A DNA stretch of 64,000 bases from a virus: positions 14,673 through 78,672 of the IMG/VR virus record IMGVR_UViG_3300009177_000032. The stretch is one strand, 5' to 3'. The notes under the pieces are model-generated. The model saw nothing but the letters and a program-made list of their open reading frames with translations, had not been told where the DNA came from and searched no databases. Shown here piece after piece: positions 7,633-16,765 of the stretch (the first letter of the stretch is position 1; the number at the start of each line of letters is the position of its first letter). A program made the position numbers and the translations under genes.

Positions 7633-7646
7633 TGCTGGCCGCGGTT

Positions 7647-9089
7647 TTAGTCGTTGTGCCGGCGGTAGTCAAGATGTTCCTGTTCGGGGACGTCCTCATC
7701 GCTGATTTTTGCCGTGGCTTCAAACCGCGTTACCGACTTCCAGAACGTCAGCCCGATTTTCCCCGTCGGTCCGTTCCTCTGCTTGGCCACATCCAGCGCA
7801 ATGGGCACCACATTGCCGTCCACTTGATCCTCGCTCCCCTCTTTGCGCGATAATAGCATTACCGTGTCAGCGTCCTGCTCAAGACTGCCGCTTTCGCGGA
7901 GGTCTGCGAGCTGGGGCATCCCCTTACGGCCATCGATGCCACGCTTGAGTTGCGAAAGCGCGATCACGGGGATGCGCAGCTCCTTACAAAGTGCCTTTAG
8001 ACCGGCGGAGATTTCCGAGACTTCGCGCTCCCGGTTATCAGGTCGCTTCCCGTTGATTGAGGCGCTCAGGAGCTGAATGTAATCCACAACAAGCAGCTTA
8101 ATATCGTGCTGGATGACCATTCTCCGCGCTCGAGCTCGCAACTCCATAATGCTGAGCCCCGAGACGTCGTCTACAAACAGATGAGAAGCTGCGATCTTGC
8201 CGGCAGCTCCGGTGAGCTTGGGAAAATCGTTCTGCGCCATGAAGCCATCGCGGATGTTCCTTAGGCTGACTCGCGCTCGAGAGCAAAGCATCCTCAACAC
8301 CAGCGAATCTACCGTCATTTCGAGCGAAAAGACTCCCACCGGAAGCTGCTGATCGATCGTAACGTGCTCGACAATGTTCATCGCGAGCGAGGTCTTTCCC
8401 ATGCTCGGGCGAGCGGCCAAAATGTAGTACTCCCCTGGCACAAGCCCGCCGGTTAATTTGTCCAAGTCCTGAAAACCGGTCCCCAGTCCGATTAAGGCTC
8501 CGGCGCGCGTCAGAAACTCCTCAATCCTGTCCATTGATTCATGCACAACCTGCCGGATCGGCCTCAGTTGCTGTGCTGCCCCGATCTGGCGGACGTCCAT
8601 GATATCGCGCTCGACCAAATCCAACGCATTGGACGTGTCCGGTTCGTCGTAGAGGCGCGATACCGCCTCGGTACAAGCCACGATCATTTTGCGCCGACGG
8701 TAGTGCTCGAGCATCACATCGAGAAACGTTTCCAATGCGTCCGCAGTTGGCGCCAGATCGGGAAGCTGCCCTATGTAACTCATCCCGCCGACCTGCTCGA
8801 GGAGCTGTTTGTCTTTCAGGTAATTCGCCAGGGTAACCACGTAGAGCTTTACCCCCGCGTTGACGAGTTCCTCCATAGCCATCCAGATCGACCGGTGCCG
8901 CATATCGAAGAAAGCCTCAGTCGCGTTCCTTCCCAATTTCTCGATCACCAGACTCACGCCCTCCGCCGATCTGGTTTCATCAATGAGAATGCAACCGAGG
9001 GCTGATTGCTCAGCCTCAATGCTGTGCGGGGGCAATCGATCGACGGCGGGGGCTTGCCGGCGCTGTCGCCTAAGATCCGGTTCACTCAT
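7647..9089 (-). CDS. dnaB: replicative DNA helicase
   Basis: PPHSIEAEQS, AARPSMGKT, FSLEM, VVDYIQL, LSQL.R, LRESGSLEQDAD, KQRNGPTG. Confidence 0.97.
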   Translation of the reverse strand: MSEPDLRRQRRQAPAVDRLPPHSIEAEQSALGCILIDETRSAEGVSLVIEKLGRNATEAFFDMRHRSIWMAMEELVNAGVKLYVVTLANYLKDKQLLEQVGGMSYIGQLPDLAPTADALETFLDVMLEHYRRRKMIVACTEAVSRLYDEPDTSNALDLVERDIMDVRQIGAAQQLRPIRQVVHESMDRIEEFLTRAGALIGLGTGFQDLDKLTGGLVPGEYYILAARPSMGKTSLAMNIVEHVTIDQQLPVGVFSLEMTVDSLVLRMLCSRARVSLRNIRDGFMAQNDFPKLTGAAGKIAASHLFVDDVSGLSIMELRARARRMVIQHDIKLLVVDYIQLLSASINGKRPDNREREVSEISAGLKALCKELRIPVIALSQLKRGIDGRKGMPQLADLRESGSLEQDADTVMLLSRKEGSEDQVDGNVVPIALDVAKQRNGPTGKIGLTFWKSVTRFEATAKISDEDVPEQEHLDYRRHND

Positions 9090-10173
9090 TCAATGAAATG
9101 CGCCCGGAAAAGAAGCTCAATAAAAGCTGTCGCGCCCTGGACCGCCACAACTGCGTTGCCGGTGCACCTGAGCTGATCGATTCTGCCCTCGTCCAAAACC
9201 ATGGCATGCCCATCAGCCAACACGCGAAAGCCGGGTTTAACCGCGGGCGAGAGCCCTTCGGAGCCTTGGAGGATTTCGGGCCATCGGGGGTCTTTTGGCC
9301 CTGGGGCGAAAATAAGAGAACAGCTTCCGTCAATGGTCGGGAGTTGCCGTAATCTTTTAGCGTCTCGCCGCTCCGGTAATCCCTGCTTTGGCACGTCGGC
9401 CAATTCTCCGTCTCCAGGCTGAGGGTCGTTTTGTTGCGCGCTGCCTTCCTTCCGCGGCCGCCCGCCTGCTCGCCGTCCATCGTGGTGACCGTCGTCCAGT
9501 TGGCTACCTGTGCCGGCAGCGCTGCCCCCGTGTTGCTCCGATCCTCCTTCGCAAAGTCCGGACCGCTCGCCCCGTCCCATCCCTTCGGGGTCGCCCATTG
9601 GCTGGCTTGGTCCTGCAGCGTGACCTGCATTTTGTTCCCCGTTTCGTGTTGAGCTCTCTCGACCGCCTCCTGGCTCCGCGTCCTGCTCCCGCCTGTCGGG
9701 GCATCCGGGGTCGCCCACTTCTCCGCCTGGCCGGTCAAGCTGTCCCGCTCCATTCCCTCTATCCCGTGATCCCGAGTGAATGCGCCCGCCTCGTGCGATC
9801 GAGGGGTTTGCCAATTCGCCGCCTCCTCCTGCAGTTGGCGTCCAGCCTTGCCGCATCCATGCTGATACCTGTTGTTTCCACCAGAGTCCATCCGGGCCGT
9901 TGCGGTAGGCCAACACAAAGACTCTCTCTCGCTCGTGTGACGCTTTAACGTCGTCCGCAAAGATAAAGACAGGCTCGACGATCTCGTAATCCAGTCGCGA
10001 TAGTTCTCCTCCAAAAGCCATGAATGGATAATTGATTTTTCCTGTTCGCTTGTCCCTAAGCCCTCTAACCCAAGCTGGCACGTTTTCGAGGAGCACCAGG
10101 GCGGGGCAACACTCCTCGATGAGTCGAAGGCAATGCCTAGCAGGTCCTTCTCCGTCACCAAATGCTCGAGCAT
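9082..10173 (-). CDS. C5-MTase beta polypeptide in alternative frame (six W-x-T repeats plus motif IX); start uncertain, frame open from 10503
   Basis: WPTATARMD, WQTPRSHE, WATPDA, WATPKGWD, WTTVTTMD, WPTCQSRD repeats and RLNPAFACWLMGMPWFWT. Confidence 0.7.
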   Translation of the reverse strand: MLEHLVTEKDLLGIAFDSSRSVAPPWCSSKTCQLGLEGLGTSEQEKSIIHSWLLEENYRDWITRSSSLSLSLRTTLKRHTSERESLCWPTATARMDSGGNNRYQHGCGKAGRQLQEEAANWQTPRSHEAGAFTRDHGIEGMERDSLTGQAEKWATPDAPTGGSRTRSQEAVERAQHETGNKMQVTLQDQASQWATPKGWDGASGPDFAKEDRSNTGAALPAQVANWTTVTTMDGEQAGGRGRKAARNKTTLSLETENWPTCQSRDYRSGETLKDYGNSRPLTEAVLLFSPQGQKTPDGPKSSKAPKGSRPRLNPAFACWLMGMPWFWTRAESISSGAPATQLWRSRARQLLLSFFSGRISLNE

Positions 10174-10468
10174 CTCGATTTCCCTCTCTGTTTCCGGCGC
10201 AACTGAAGGGGGTACAAGGGAGCGAAGCTGTAAAAATGTGAACCAGCCCGCGAATCTGAAGAAGTGAGAGGCCGGCAATATCGCCGATCCAAATAGGGTG
10301 TTCCTCCACGCTCTGTTCTTCCATCCGCGCCAAGTACACGGCGTTGGCGTAGCTTTCCCATTCCGCGCTACATAAGGTTTGTAATCCGGGAAAAACGAGC
10401 TTAACGGCTTCATCGAGCATCCCGATGCCGCGGCATATCGAGACGCAAGTCGGCGCGGGACTAACCAC
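9086..10468 (-). CDS. DNA cytosine-5 methyltransferase, alpha polypeptide (motifs I-VIII, X)
   Basis: SICRGIG (I), PCTPFS (IV), LENV (VI), HERERVF (VIII), LRCTGNAVV (X); middle is low-complexity G/R/P-rich. Confidence 0.85.
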   Translation of the reverse strand: MVSPAPTCVSICRGIGMLDEAVKLVFPGLQTLCSAEWESYANAVYLARMEEQSVEEHPIWIGDIAGLSLLQIRGLVHIFTASLPCTPFSCAGNREGNRDARAFGDGEGPARHCLRLIEECCPALVLLENVPAWVRGLRDKRTGKINYPFMAFGGELSRLDYEIVEPVFIFADDVKASHERERVFVLAYRNGPDGLWWKQQVSAWMRQGWTPTAGGGGELANPSIARGGRIHSGSRDRGNGAGQLDRPGGEVGDPGCPDRREQDAEPGGGRESSTRNGEQNAGHAAGPSQPMGDPEGMGRGERSGLCEGGSEQHGGSAAGTGSQLDDGHHDGRRAGGRPRKEGSAQQNDPQPGDGELADVPKQGLPERRDAKRLRQLPTIDGSCSLIFAPGPKDPRWPEILQGSEGLSPAVKPGFRVLADGHAMVLDEGRIDQLRCTGNAVVAVQGATAFIELLFRAHFIE

Positions 10469-11048
10469 ATTGACCCCCCTCGCGGAAACTTTTCCAGTCG
10501 CAAACCACCAGCATGCCGCTCTCGTTCATGCGCGAAACATTGGCCGGCCCGAGCATCGTCTCGAGCGACTCCTGATTACTGTTGCTGATAAGGATCGTTT
10601 CCTTCATCAGCCCATAGCGCTTGTTAATTAAATGGTCGAGCAGCCGGTCCTCCCACTGCGTCTCGGCGCGCTTCTCATACTCATCGATGATGAGCAGTAT
10701 CGGCTTGGCGAAATTCGACAACACCATTTCCTCCGTGTCGGGGCTGTCCCTGTGGTAGCTCGCCTTGATCAGGAGAAAGAAGTCCATCGCTGTAACGTAT
10801 CGGCACGGCCAACGGTGATTTTTGATAACGCTGTAAATCAGGTTTGCCCCGATCTGAGTTTTACCCACCCCGCTCTTTCCGATCAGCGCAATCAGGCTCC
10901 CGCGCCCGAGCCGGTCGTAGATATCCTGCCCTGCCTGCAGCCAGGGTCCGTCACCCTGGGCCGTCTTGAACCGCTCGCGGTACCTGAGCGGCAGTCTCGA
11001 TTCTATTAATAGTTCCGTTTGTTTGGTGTCCATTGTCGCTTGCTCCAT
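10461..11048 (-). CDS. DnaC/IstB-like AAA+ helicase loader
   Basis: GKSGVGKT, LLIIDE, LINKRY, ILISN, SRM. Confidence 0.9.
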   Translation of the reverse strand: MEQATMDTKQTELLIESRLPLRYRERFKTAQGDGPWLQAGQDIYDRLGRGSLIALIGKSGVGKTQIGANLIYSVIKNHRWPCRYVTAMDFFLLIKASYHRDSPDTEEMVLSNFAKPILLIIDEYEKRAETQWEDRLLDHLINKRYGLMKETILISNSNQESLETMLGPANVSRMNESGMLVVCDWKSFREGGQCG

Positions 11049-11727
11049 AGGTTGCTACTGCTCTGACTGTCAACGGCGATTGTGTGCTGCGGGTAAGCGC
11101 CTCCTGGCGCCTTGACTCCGCTGCGCCATTCCCGGCGCCGTTTTGTCTCTGACTCGGGAAAAATTTACCCCTCTCCCACGCCCTCACTGTCGCCCGCCAA
11201 TCGAGTATCGGTTGCCCTCCATTTTTCCAGCCGTTCCCCTCGCACTTCCAATAAAACCAATCCGCGTCGGACTGCGGCAGCTTCAGACTTATACACAGAT
11301 CCCTTATTTGTGTGAGGTCCCCGCGGTCTTTGCGCGGCTTTGGTGGAGGCTCGGGCTTGGGAGGGTCAGGTATAAGCGTCCCTTGGGTTTCCCCCTTACC
11401 CCCTTCCTTTTCAGTCTTAACTACAGGATCAGGTACTTCCTCACCCGTTTCCGGTGGAGGGGGGTCTGTGATTGGGAGCTGCCACACCCTGCATCCTCCG
11501 CCCACGGTCCCAACCTGCTTTATGAACTTCGAAGCCTCGAGCCGGCGCAACCCGATCCCCACCGTTTTTACATCTAGCTCAGCCGCTACTGCGATCGTGG
11601 TTTGAGACGGCCAGGCTTGGTGTTTAGCGTCCGTGTAGCTGGCCAGTATCGCCAGAATCAGCTTGTCGCTGCCTCTCCCAACTCTCTGGCTCAGCGCCCA
11701 AAGAGTCGCATCCGCCCGGTCGCTCAT
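10951..11727 (-). CDS. phage replication initiator (N-terminal wHTH, C-terminal GW...I.DW.A..R.W domain)
   Basis: KLILAILASY....AWPSQTTIA..AEL..KTV...LRRL; GNGWKNGGQPILDWRATVRAWE; located upstream of loader and helicase. Confidence 0.8.
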   Translation of the reverse strand: MSDRADATLWALSQRVGRGSDKLILAILASYTDAKHQAWPSQTTIAVAAELDVKTVGIGLRRLEASKFIKQVGTVGGGCRVWQLPITDPPPPETGEEVPDPVVKTEKEGGKGETQGTLIPDPPKPEPPPKPRKDRGDLTQIRDLCISLKLPQSDADWFYWKCEGNGWKNGGQPILDWRATVRAWERGKFFPSQRQNGAGNGAAESRRQEALTRSTQSPLTVRAVATYGASDNGHQTNGTINRIETAAQVPRAVQDGPG

Positions 11728-11930
11728 CGTTCAAAATCGGCTCGAGTGACCCGAAGGGAGAAAAAGGAAGGCGGGAGCCAACCAAACAACGGATCACCGA
11801 GCCTAAAATTCAAAGGTTCTTTTTACGGGCGCTCTCTCCAACGCCTGAAGTCCCGTAGACTGCTCTCTGGTTTGTATCCGCCGCACGGCCAAAGTGGAAG
11901 GAAAAGTTACCAAGAAAAAAATCGGGGTTA

Positions 11931-11966
11931 TTGACAGGTTATTAACAAAGCAGTAGAAGCCCACCC
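11931..11966 (+). promoter_or_regulatory. sigma70-type promoter, probably leaderless
   Basis: TTGACA(11931)-17 nt-TAGAAG, then 7 nt to ATG 11967. Confidence 0.6.
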
Positions 11967-12206
11967 ATGTCATCAGCACATCCAGGGTTCAAATCGGTCC
12001 AGGCGGGTATCGCCAGGAGACAAGGCATCTCTCAAGCACGCGCTGGCGCAATACTGGCCTCGGCCACTCGTCGAGCCGGAGCTGCTGCGAGAAAAAGAAA
12101 CCCCCGCCTGAACAGAGTCCGCGGGGGCAAACGTATGAGCGTCGGCGGGCTGGTTAGATACACGCCTCGCTCACTGCGCTACGCAAAGAGACGAGAGGTC
12201 ACCTAA
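11967..12206 (+). CDS. small basic phage protein (HPGFK family)
   Basis: HPGFKSVQAGIARRQG...AGAILAS.TR.A..AARK.NPRL.RV; isolated plus-strand gene with its own promoter. Confidence 0.75.
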   Translation: MSSAHPGFKSVQAGIARRQGISQARAGAILASATRRAGAAARKRNPRLNRVRGGKRMSVGGLVRYTPRSLRYAKRREVT

Positions 12207-12544
12207 GCCTTATCATCTTCACTCTCGGCGGTCGCCGGTTCCTGCTCATTCTTCTTTTCCTCCTTGTGGACGCGGCAGCGGGCGCGCTCCACGGTCGCTT
12301 TCTCAACAAAGCAATCAAGCTGGATCTCTTTGCCGGTATCATCGTCGATCGTCTCGAAAATGTATTTTTTGCGGCCGTACCCGTTGCCTTTGAGCACGGC
12401 ATTGAGCTTCTCGATCGCTTTTTCTTCCGCCTCGCGGAGCTGCTTTATCTGCTTCTGGATGCGACGGAGCGACAGCCCCGCATTTTCGATCTCGGGGTTT
12501 TCTTCGCCGGTGATTTCGCCGCCTAATTTTCGCTGCTGAGCCAT
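12203..12544 (-). CDS. hypothetical protein
   Basis: 113 aa, last gene of recombination operon. Confidence 0.65.
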   Translation of the reverse strand: MAQQRKLGGEITGEENPEIENAGLSLRRIQKQIKQLREAEEKAIEKLNAVLKGNGYGRKKYIFETIDDDTGKEIQLDCFVEKATVERARCRVHKEEKKNEQEPATAESEDDKA

Positions 12545-12559
12545 TTGGATCCTTTCAGG

Positions 12560-13555
12560 TTATCGGATGAGCCCGTATTTGGTTAGTGTCCACTCCGTAG
12601 GAGAGGTTGTGCCAAAGCCGTTGACGACCCCCGGGCCGGCATCGTCCCAACTTGGCCAAGCGTTTTCCTTTAGGCATTGGCAATAGCGCTTGAGCGCCAT
12701 CACATACTTGATCCGACCGATCGCGACGAAGTTATCGCCTACGGTCCGGCGGGCCTGCTGGAAAGGAAACTCATTTTCCTGAATGACGTGATGAAAAACC
12801 CATCTCTCTTGCGGCCGGGATGCGGTGTAGATATCAATGCTCATTGCCGCCTGGGCGTCGTAGTTCTGCCGGTCGATCACCTTCTGCCACTCATCCGGGC
12901 TCGCGTTGCGGGCCGTCTTGAAGTCGGCCAGGCTGTTTGAAAACTGGCCTTTTATCGACGGGACAATGTCGATCAGGCACTTGAGCGGGACCGCTATCTT
13001 TGTCTCGCGGTCGACGTAGGTCGCAATGCACATGACCTGATATTGCGCATCGGCTGTGAGCGCGCCGATCCAGGCGTCCTCCTTGAGGATTTTAAGGGCC
13101 TGGCGCGCGTCCTCGTAATCCGCCCGCCTGACAATCTGTTTGCCGGCTTTCCTGGCCTCCTTCGTCCACTCCTTCGCCTCTTTGCACAGCGGTTGCCAGG
13201 GGACTAAGTCGCCGTCTCGGGCCTCGCCCTCTTTCACGATCGACATTGTCTTTGTCGCCGTGACCGTCTCAGGCTGAACCGCAAAGTTTCCGTCAAACCG
13301 GCCCGAGGGGCACGTAAAGAGAGCGTCCATCAGCGTGCCCCATTCGGTCGCGTCGGTATCTTTGAACACGTAGCCGCGGTACCACCGTTGCGGATTTGAG
13401 TCGAACAGCATGAGCTCGCTCCGGCTCATCACAAAGTTTGGGTCGCCCCGCTTTATGGCGGGGTCCTGGCGGAGGTAAATCTCGGTCGGGACGTCGGTCC
13501 CAATGATTTTACCGTCCTCGAGTTTTACCGGATCAAAAAAGTCTGAGGCATTCAT
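12560..13555 (-). CDS. PD-(D/E)XK exonuclease, RecE/ExoVIII-like
   Basis: SRSEL, GTLMDAL, KCLIDI, LADFKT, YDAQAA. Confidence 0.8.
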   Translation of the reverse strand: MNASDFFDPVKLEDGKIIGTDVPTEIYLRQDPAIKRGDPNFVMSRSELMLFDSNPQRWYRGYVFKDTDATEWGTLMDALFTCPSGRFDGNFAVQPETVTATKTMSIVKEGEARDGDLVPWQPLCKEAKEWTKEARKAGKQIVRRADYEDARQALKILKEDAWIGALTADAQYQVMCIATYVDRETKIAVPLKCLIDIVPSIKGQFSNSLADFKTARNASPDEWQKVIDRQNYDAQAAMSIDIYTASRPQERWVFHHVIQENEFPFQQARRTVGDNFVAIGRIKYVMALKRYCQCLKENAWPSWDDAGPGVVNGFGTTSPTEWTLTKYGLIR

Positions 13556-13851
13556 GGGATTTGTTTGAGTGCTTTGTATGCTCTGAGTGTTCCGGCGCAG
13601 AAACCAACAGCAAAGGCCGCTCTATGCGTGTCTTGGATCTCATCCCTTAAAGCAGCCACAATCTCAGGGCTGTCCCCAGGATGCGTTGTGAATTCTACCC
13701 ATGCCGCCTCGATTTCCGCCGCGAGCTCCGGCGGGACCTTTTGGGGGCGGGCATTGGCCGAGAGGCTGCGAAAGTATGACTCCATCATGAGGCTCCTTGC
13801 AGGTCGGCAATCCCAATGGTTTTTGCGGTTTCGAAAGTTCCACCATCGCAA
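13552..13851 (-). CDS. hypothetical protein (true start may be internal)
   Basis: 99-aa ORF whose stop overlaps exonuclease start. Confidence 0.5.
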   Translation of the reverse strand: MRWWNFRNRKNHWDCRPARSLMMESYFRSLSANARPQKVPPELAAEIEAAWVEFTTHPGDSPEIVAALRDEIQDTHRAAFAVGFCAGTLRAYKALKQIP

Positions 13852-14000
13852 AAGTGAGTCGTAAATAGCGAGTCATCAGCCCTCGGTGAGTTTTCGAATA
13901 CCGTGAGCTTTATCAGCGCTTTTACCATTGCACCCCGATCAATGTCCTCGCCCTCGTAAAAGATCTTCTCACACCGCCGGCACTTGTATCGCAGTCTCAT
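13785..14000 (-). CDS. small CxxC hypothetical protein
   Basis: YKCRRC...HFC....GIADLQG. Confidence 0.6.
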   Translation of the reverse strand: MRLRYKCRRCEKIFYEGEDIDRGAMVKALIKLTVFENSPRADDSLFTTHFCDGGTFETAKTIGIADLQGAS

Positions 14001-15394
14001 ATCAGCTCGGTTTGTTTGGCGCTCACCTTCCCTTGCTCCACGACAAACACCCCGACCTCAGCCGGCGCTTTTGCCGGCGCCTCCCCTACAATGGTCGCCA
14101 GGATCGTCTTGTGCTCCTCCTTGGCCCGATCGACAAACTCGAAAATCGATTTACCCATACTCTCCGCCCGGTCGATCAGTGATATCCCGAAGCCCTCGGG
14201 ATACATCGCGCTCAGCCGCTCGCTCAACCGCATGATCTGGCTCGTGCTCAGCATGCCGGCGCTCGTCCCTTCAAAGGTGAATTCTCCCTCCTCGTTGAAC
14301 GAGAGCCCGTCGATCGTGCTCGCGCACTTTGCCAGTCTGGTAACCCGCTCCTTTTTGATATCGCGCTGGCGGGCCTCGAGCATCCGGACTTTCATGTCCT
14401 TCTTCTCTTTGTCCGCGGCCTTGACCTTATTCTCCTCGTAACGCTGCCGGCGCACCTCGTTCCCTGACGCCTCCATGAGCTGTTTTTCCAAAGCCTGGAT
14501 CTCCGGAGTCGTACCGACCCACGACATAACAGCCTCGCGCGTCTTTACCAAACCCTCGGGTATCGGGGGCTTGGGTTTGAATGTGATCATCGGGTTTGCG
14601 CGCAGGACCCCCTCCTCCTCATCCAGCTTGCGCGAGAGCTCCGCTATCTGCGCCTTTATCCGCGCAACCTCAGCCTTTGCCGAGTTGTGACGGGTGTTCT
14701 GCTCACGCGACTGCTCATTTACCAGATCCACCTCTTTGCATTCGTCGTTGTAGATCGACTCATACTCTTTGAGTGACGCCTGCAGCTTGCGCAGCCCGTC
14801 GGCATGCGCTTCCTGAGCCTCGGTCAACTTCGCCCGGAGCTCGAGCGCGTTGCTCTCAGGGACAGGTGTCAAATCAATCACCCCATACGCTTTAACCTCC
14901 GCCCGGAGCTGCTCGGCTTCGCGCTGCGCATTGAATGCCTCAGTGTCGAGGTCCTTGGTGTCCACGGGGAACGTGTCCACAAAATACTGTTTGCGCTGAG
15001 CCTCCGTCATCTTTTTCAGATACTCGTGGTCCACCACAAACGGATTAACCAGGCGCGCGAGCTCCGATGCCGGCCGATCTACCGGCCTGCCGTCCCGGAT
15101 AAACGTCGTTTCCCGGGCCTGAGTCTTGCCCTTGTTTTTGCCGGACGTGCTCCGGTACCACGAGCGCGACACCACGCCCGTATCGAATTCAAAGTCTATC
15201 GACGCCTCATCCGCCCCGTGCCGGATAATGTCCTCGGGCCAGGAGCTCGCCCCCAGGACCCAACGCACACAGTTGAGGATCGTCGTTTTACCCTGCCGGA
15301 TATCCCCGAAGAACAGGAGCAGCGACTTGTTGATCTCGATCTCCGTATCTTCGATCAGGCCGATGTTTTTAATTTTGAGTCGGATTGGTTTCAT
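13997..15394 (-). CDS. SMC/Rad50-like ABC ATPase with coiled coil
   Basis: IKNIG, GDIRQGKTT, long coiled coil, LSTSQ signature, LIDRAE Walker B. Confidence 0.8.
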   Translation of the reverse strand: MKPIRLKIKNIGLIEDTEIEINKSLLLFFGDIRQGKTTILNCVRWVLGASSWPEDIIRHGADEASIDFEFDTGVVSRSWYRSTSGKNKGKTQARETTFIRDGRPVDRPASELARLVNPFVVDHEYLKKMTEAQRKQYFVDTFPVDTKDLDTEAFNAQREAEQLRAEVKAYGVIDLTPVPESNALELRAKLTEAQEAHADGLRKLQASLKEYESIYNDECKEVDLVNEQSREQNTRHNSAKAEVARIKAQIAELSRKLDEEEGVLRANPMITFKPKPPIPEGLVKTREAVMSWVGTTPEIQALEKQLMEASGNEVRRQRYEENKVKAADKEKKDMKVRMLEARQRDIKKERVTRLAKCASTIDGLSFNEEGEFTFEGTSAGMLSTSQIMRLSERLSAMYPEGFGISLIDRAESMGKSIFEFVDRAKEEHKTILATIVGEAPAKAPAEVGVFVVEQGKVSAKQTELI

Positions 15395-16470
15395 GGATTG
15401 GTTTGTTGTCTGGCTTTGATTTTGTTGACGACCGCCTCGAGCTCACCGTCGGTCAAAGTGTCGATCGCCTGCGTGTCTGAAATTATCGCCTCATCGATTA
15501 ACCACTGTTGAAGCCTCTGCTTTGCCAGCGCCCAGGTGCCCGCCTTCCCGTCCCAACCGCTTTGCGTCCGCGTCGAATTCCGCAGCACAAGCAACAGGTT
15601 CCCCCTCACGTCCCCCGCCGATTGCGTCACCGGTCCGCTTGCCGGCACTAAAGCGGCCGGGGTTTTCCTGCTCGCCCGCCGGCACCACGCCGCTAATGCC
15701 TCACCGTGTTTGATCCCGATCTGCTCCTCCGGCCGGGGCAACAACCCCCGCACGTCTGGATGCGTCCACTTCCTGGCAATGCTAAATCCCCCCTCGTTCC
15801 GCCCGTCTACTTCCCGTTGCACCATTTCATACGTCACCAAACACTCCCAAACAAAATTCTTGGCCCCTATCGGCGTAGTAAACTGATCGGTTATAACACT
15901 CGCCTTCTTCCTCTGCTGCCCCTGCTGCTGCTCCTCCTCAGTCGCGAAATGCGTTTTCTTTTCCGCCCGGAAACACAGAATCACCGGTTTGGTGGACCGC
16001 AGCATCCACTGCAAAAGCGCCTTGTGCGCCCGCTTCGGTTTTTGCCACGAAAGCAGCTTCATCTTTTCTGCCTTCGCGTAATCACCCCCGCTCAGCTTGT
16101 GCAGCTCCTCCTCCTGCCACTCGAGTATCCCCCCGGGCCCTTCCCACTCGTGCGACATTGAATCTACCACGATGATATCCACCACCTCCTCGAGCTGACC
16201 GATCGCCGCCTGATAACGCATCGGGCTGAACGGCTCAGGCAAATCGATCACCACAAAACCGCCAGGCACCCGATCTGCAAAGATCGACATGCGCTTGTTC
16301 TCGGTGTCTACCCCCCCGATCTTACCCTTTGGCCCGACTATCCCCCGCGCGTACAACAGCGCGCTTAACGTCTTTCCGGTCGCGCTTTCCCCGAAGAAGC
16401 TGACTAGCGGCACCAGGTCCGTTGCGGTCGCTTCCCTGATCTCGAATTTTGGTTCCTCGTTTGTGCTCAT
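15391..16470 (-). CDS. AAA_24/Sak4-like ssDNA-annealing ATPase
   Basis: GESATGKTLSAL, VDTE, PFSP..Y, IVVDSMSHEWEG.GG, R.EKK. Confidence 0.85.
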   Translation of the reverse strand: MSTNEEPKFEIREATATDLVPLVSFFGESATGKTLSALLYARGIVGPKGKIGGVDTENKRMSIFADRVPGGFVVIDLPEPFSPMRYQAAIGQLEEVVDIIVVDSMSHEWEGPGGILEWQEEELHKLSGGDYAKAEKMKLLSWQKPKRAHKALLQWMLRSTKPVILCFRAEKKTHFATEEEQQQGQQRKKASVITDQFTTPIGAKNFVWECLVTYEMVQREVDGRNEGGFSIARKWTHPDVRGLLPRPEEQIGIKHGEALAAWCRRASRKTPAALVPASGPVTQSAGDVRGNLLLVLRNSTRTQSGWDGKAGTWALAKQRLQQWLIDEAIISDTQAIDTLTDGELEAVVNKIKARQQTNP

Positions 16471-16699
16471 TGAATGGTTGGTTGATTTTTAACTCGAAGA
16501 AATCGATAAGCTCCCTCGTCCACCGCCTGCGCCCAAGCTCAAGGTCGCTCACATACGACACCGACAGATTCATCCTCCTGGCCATCTCCCTCACTGAAAT
16601 GCCCGCAAGCAACCTCCGTTTCCTCAGGGATTCCCCCATCGCCACCGGATCCATCACCTGGCCCGTCCCGCCGCAGCGGGGGCATTTCATCGTCGTCAT
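16322..16699 (-). CDS. XRE-family HTH regulator with N-terminal CxxCxGxG
   Basis: ATG 16699; LRKRRLLAGISVREMARRMNLSVSYVSDLELGRR. Confidence 0.85.
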   Translation of the reverse strand: MTTMKCPRCGGTGQVMDPVAMGESLRKRRLLAGISVREMARRMNLSVSYVSDLELGRRRWTRELIDFFELKINQPFNEHKRGTKIRDQGSDRNGPGAASQLLRGKRDRKDVKRAVVRAGDSRAKG

Positions 16700-16737
16700 G
16701 CTCTCCGACTGTAGGCAAATCTTGTGGACACAGTCAA
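16700..16737 (-). promoter_or_regulatory. sigma70-type promoter for XRE/recombination operon
   Basis: minus strand TTGACT-18 nt-TACAGT-8 nt-ATG. Confidence 0.55.
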
Positions 16738-16765
16738 AAAGAAAAGTTACAGAACTATCCGTAGT

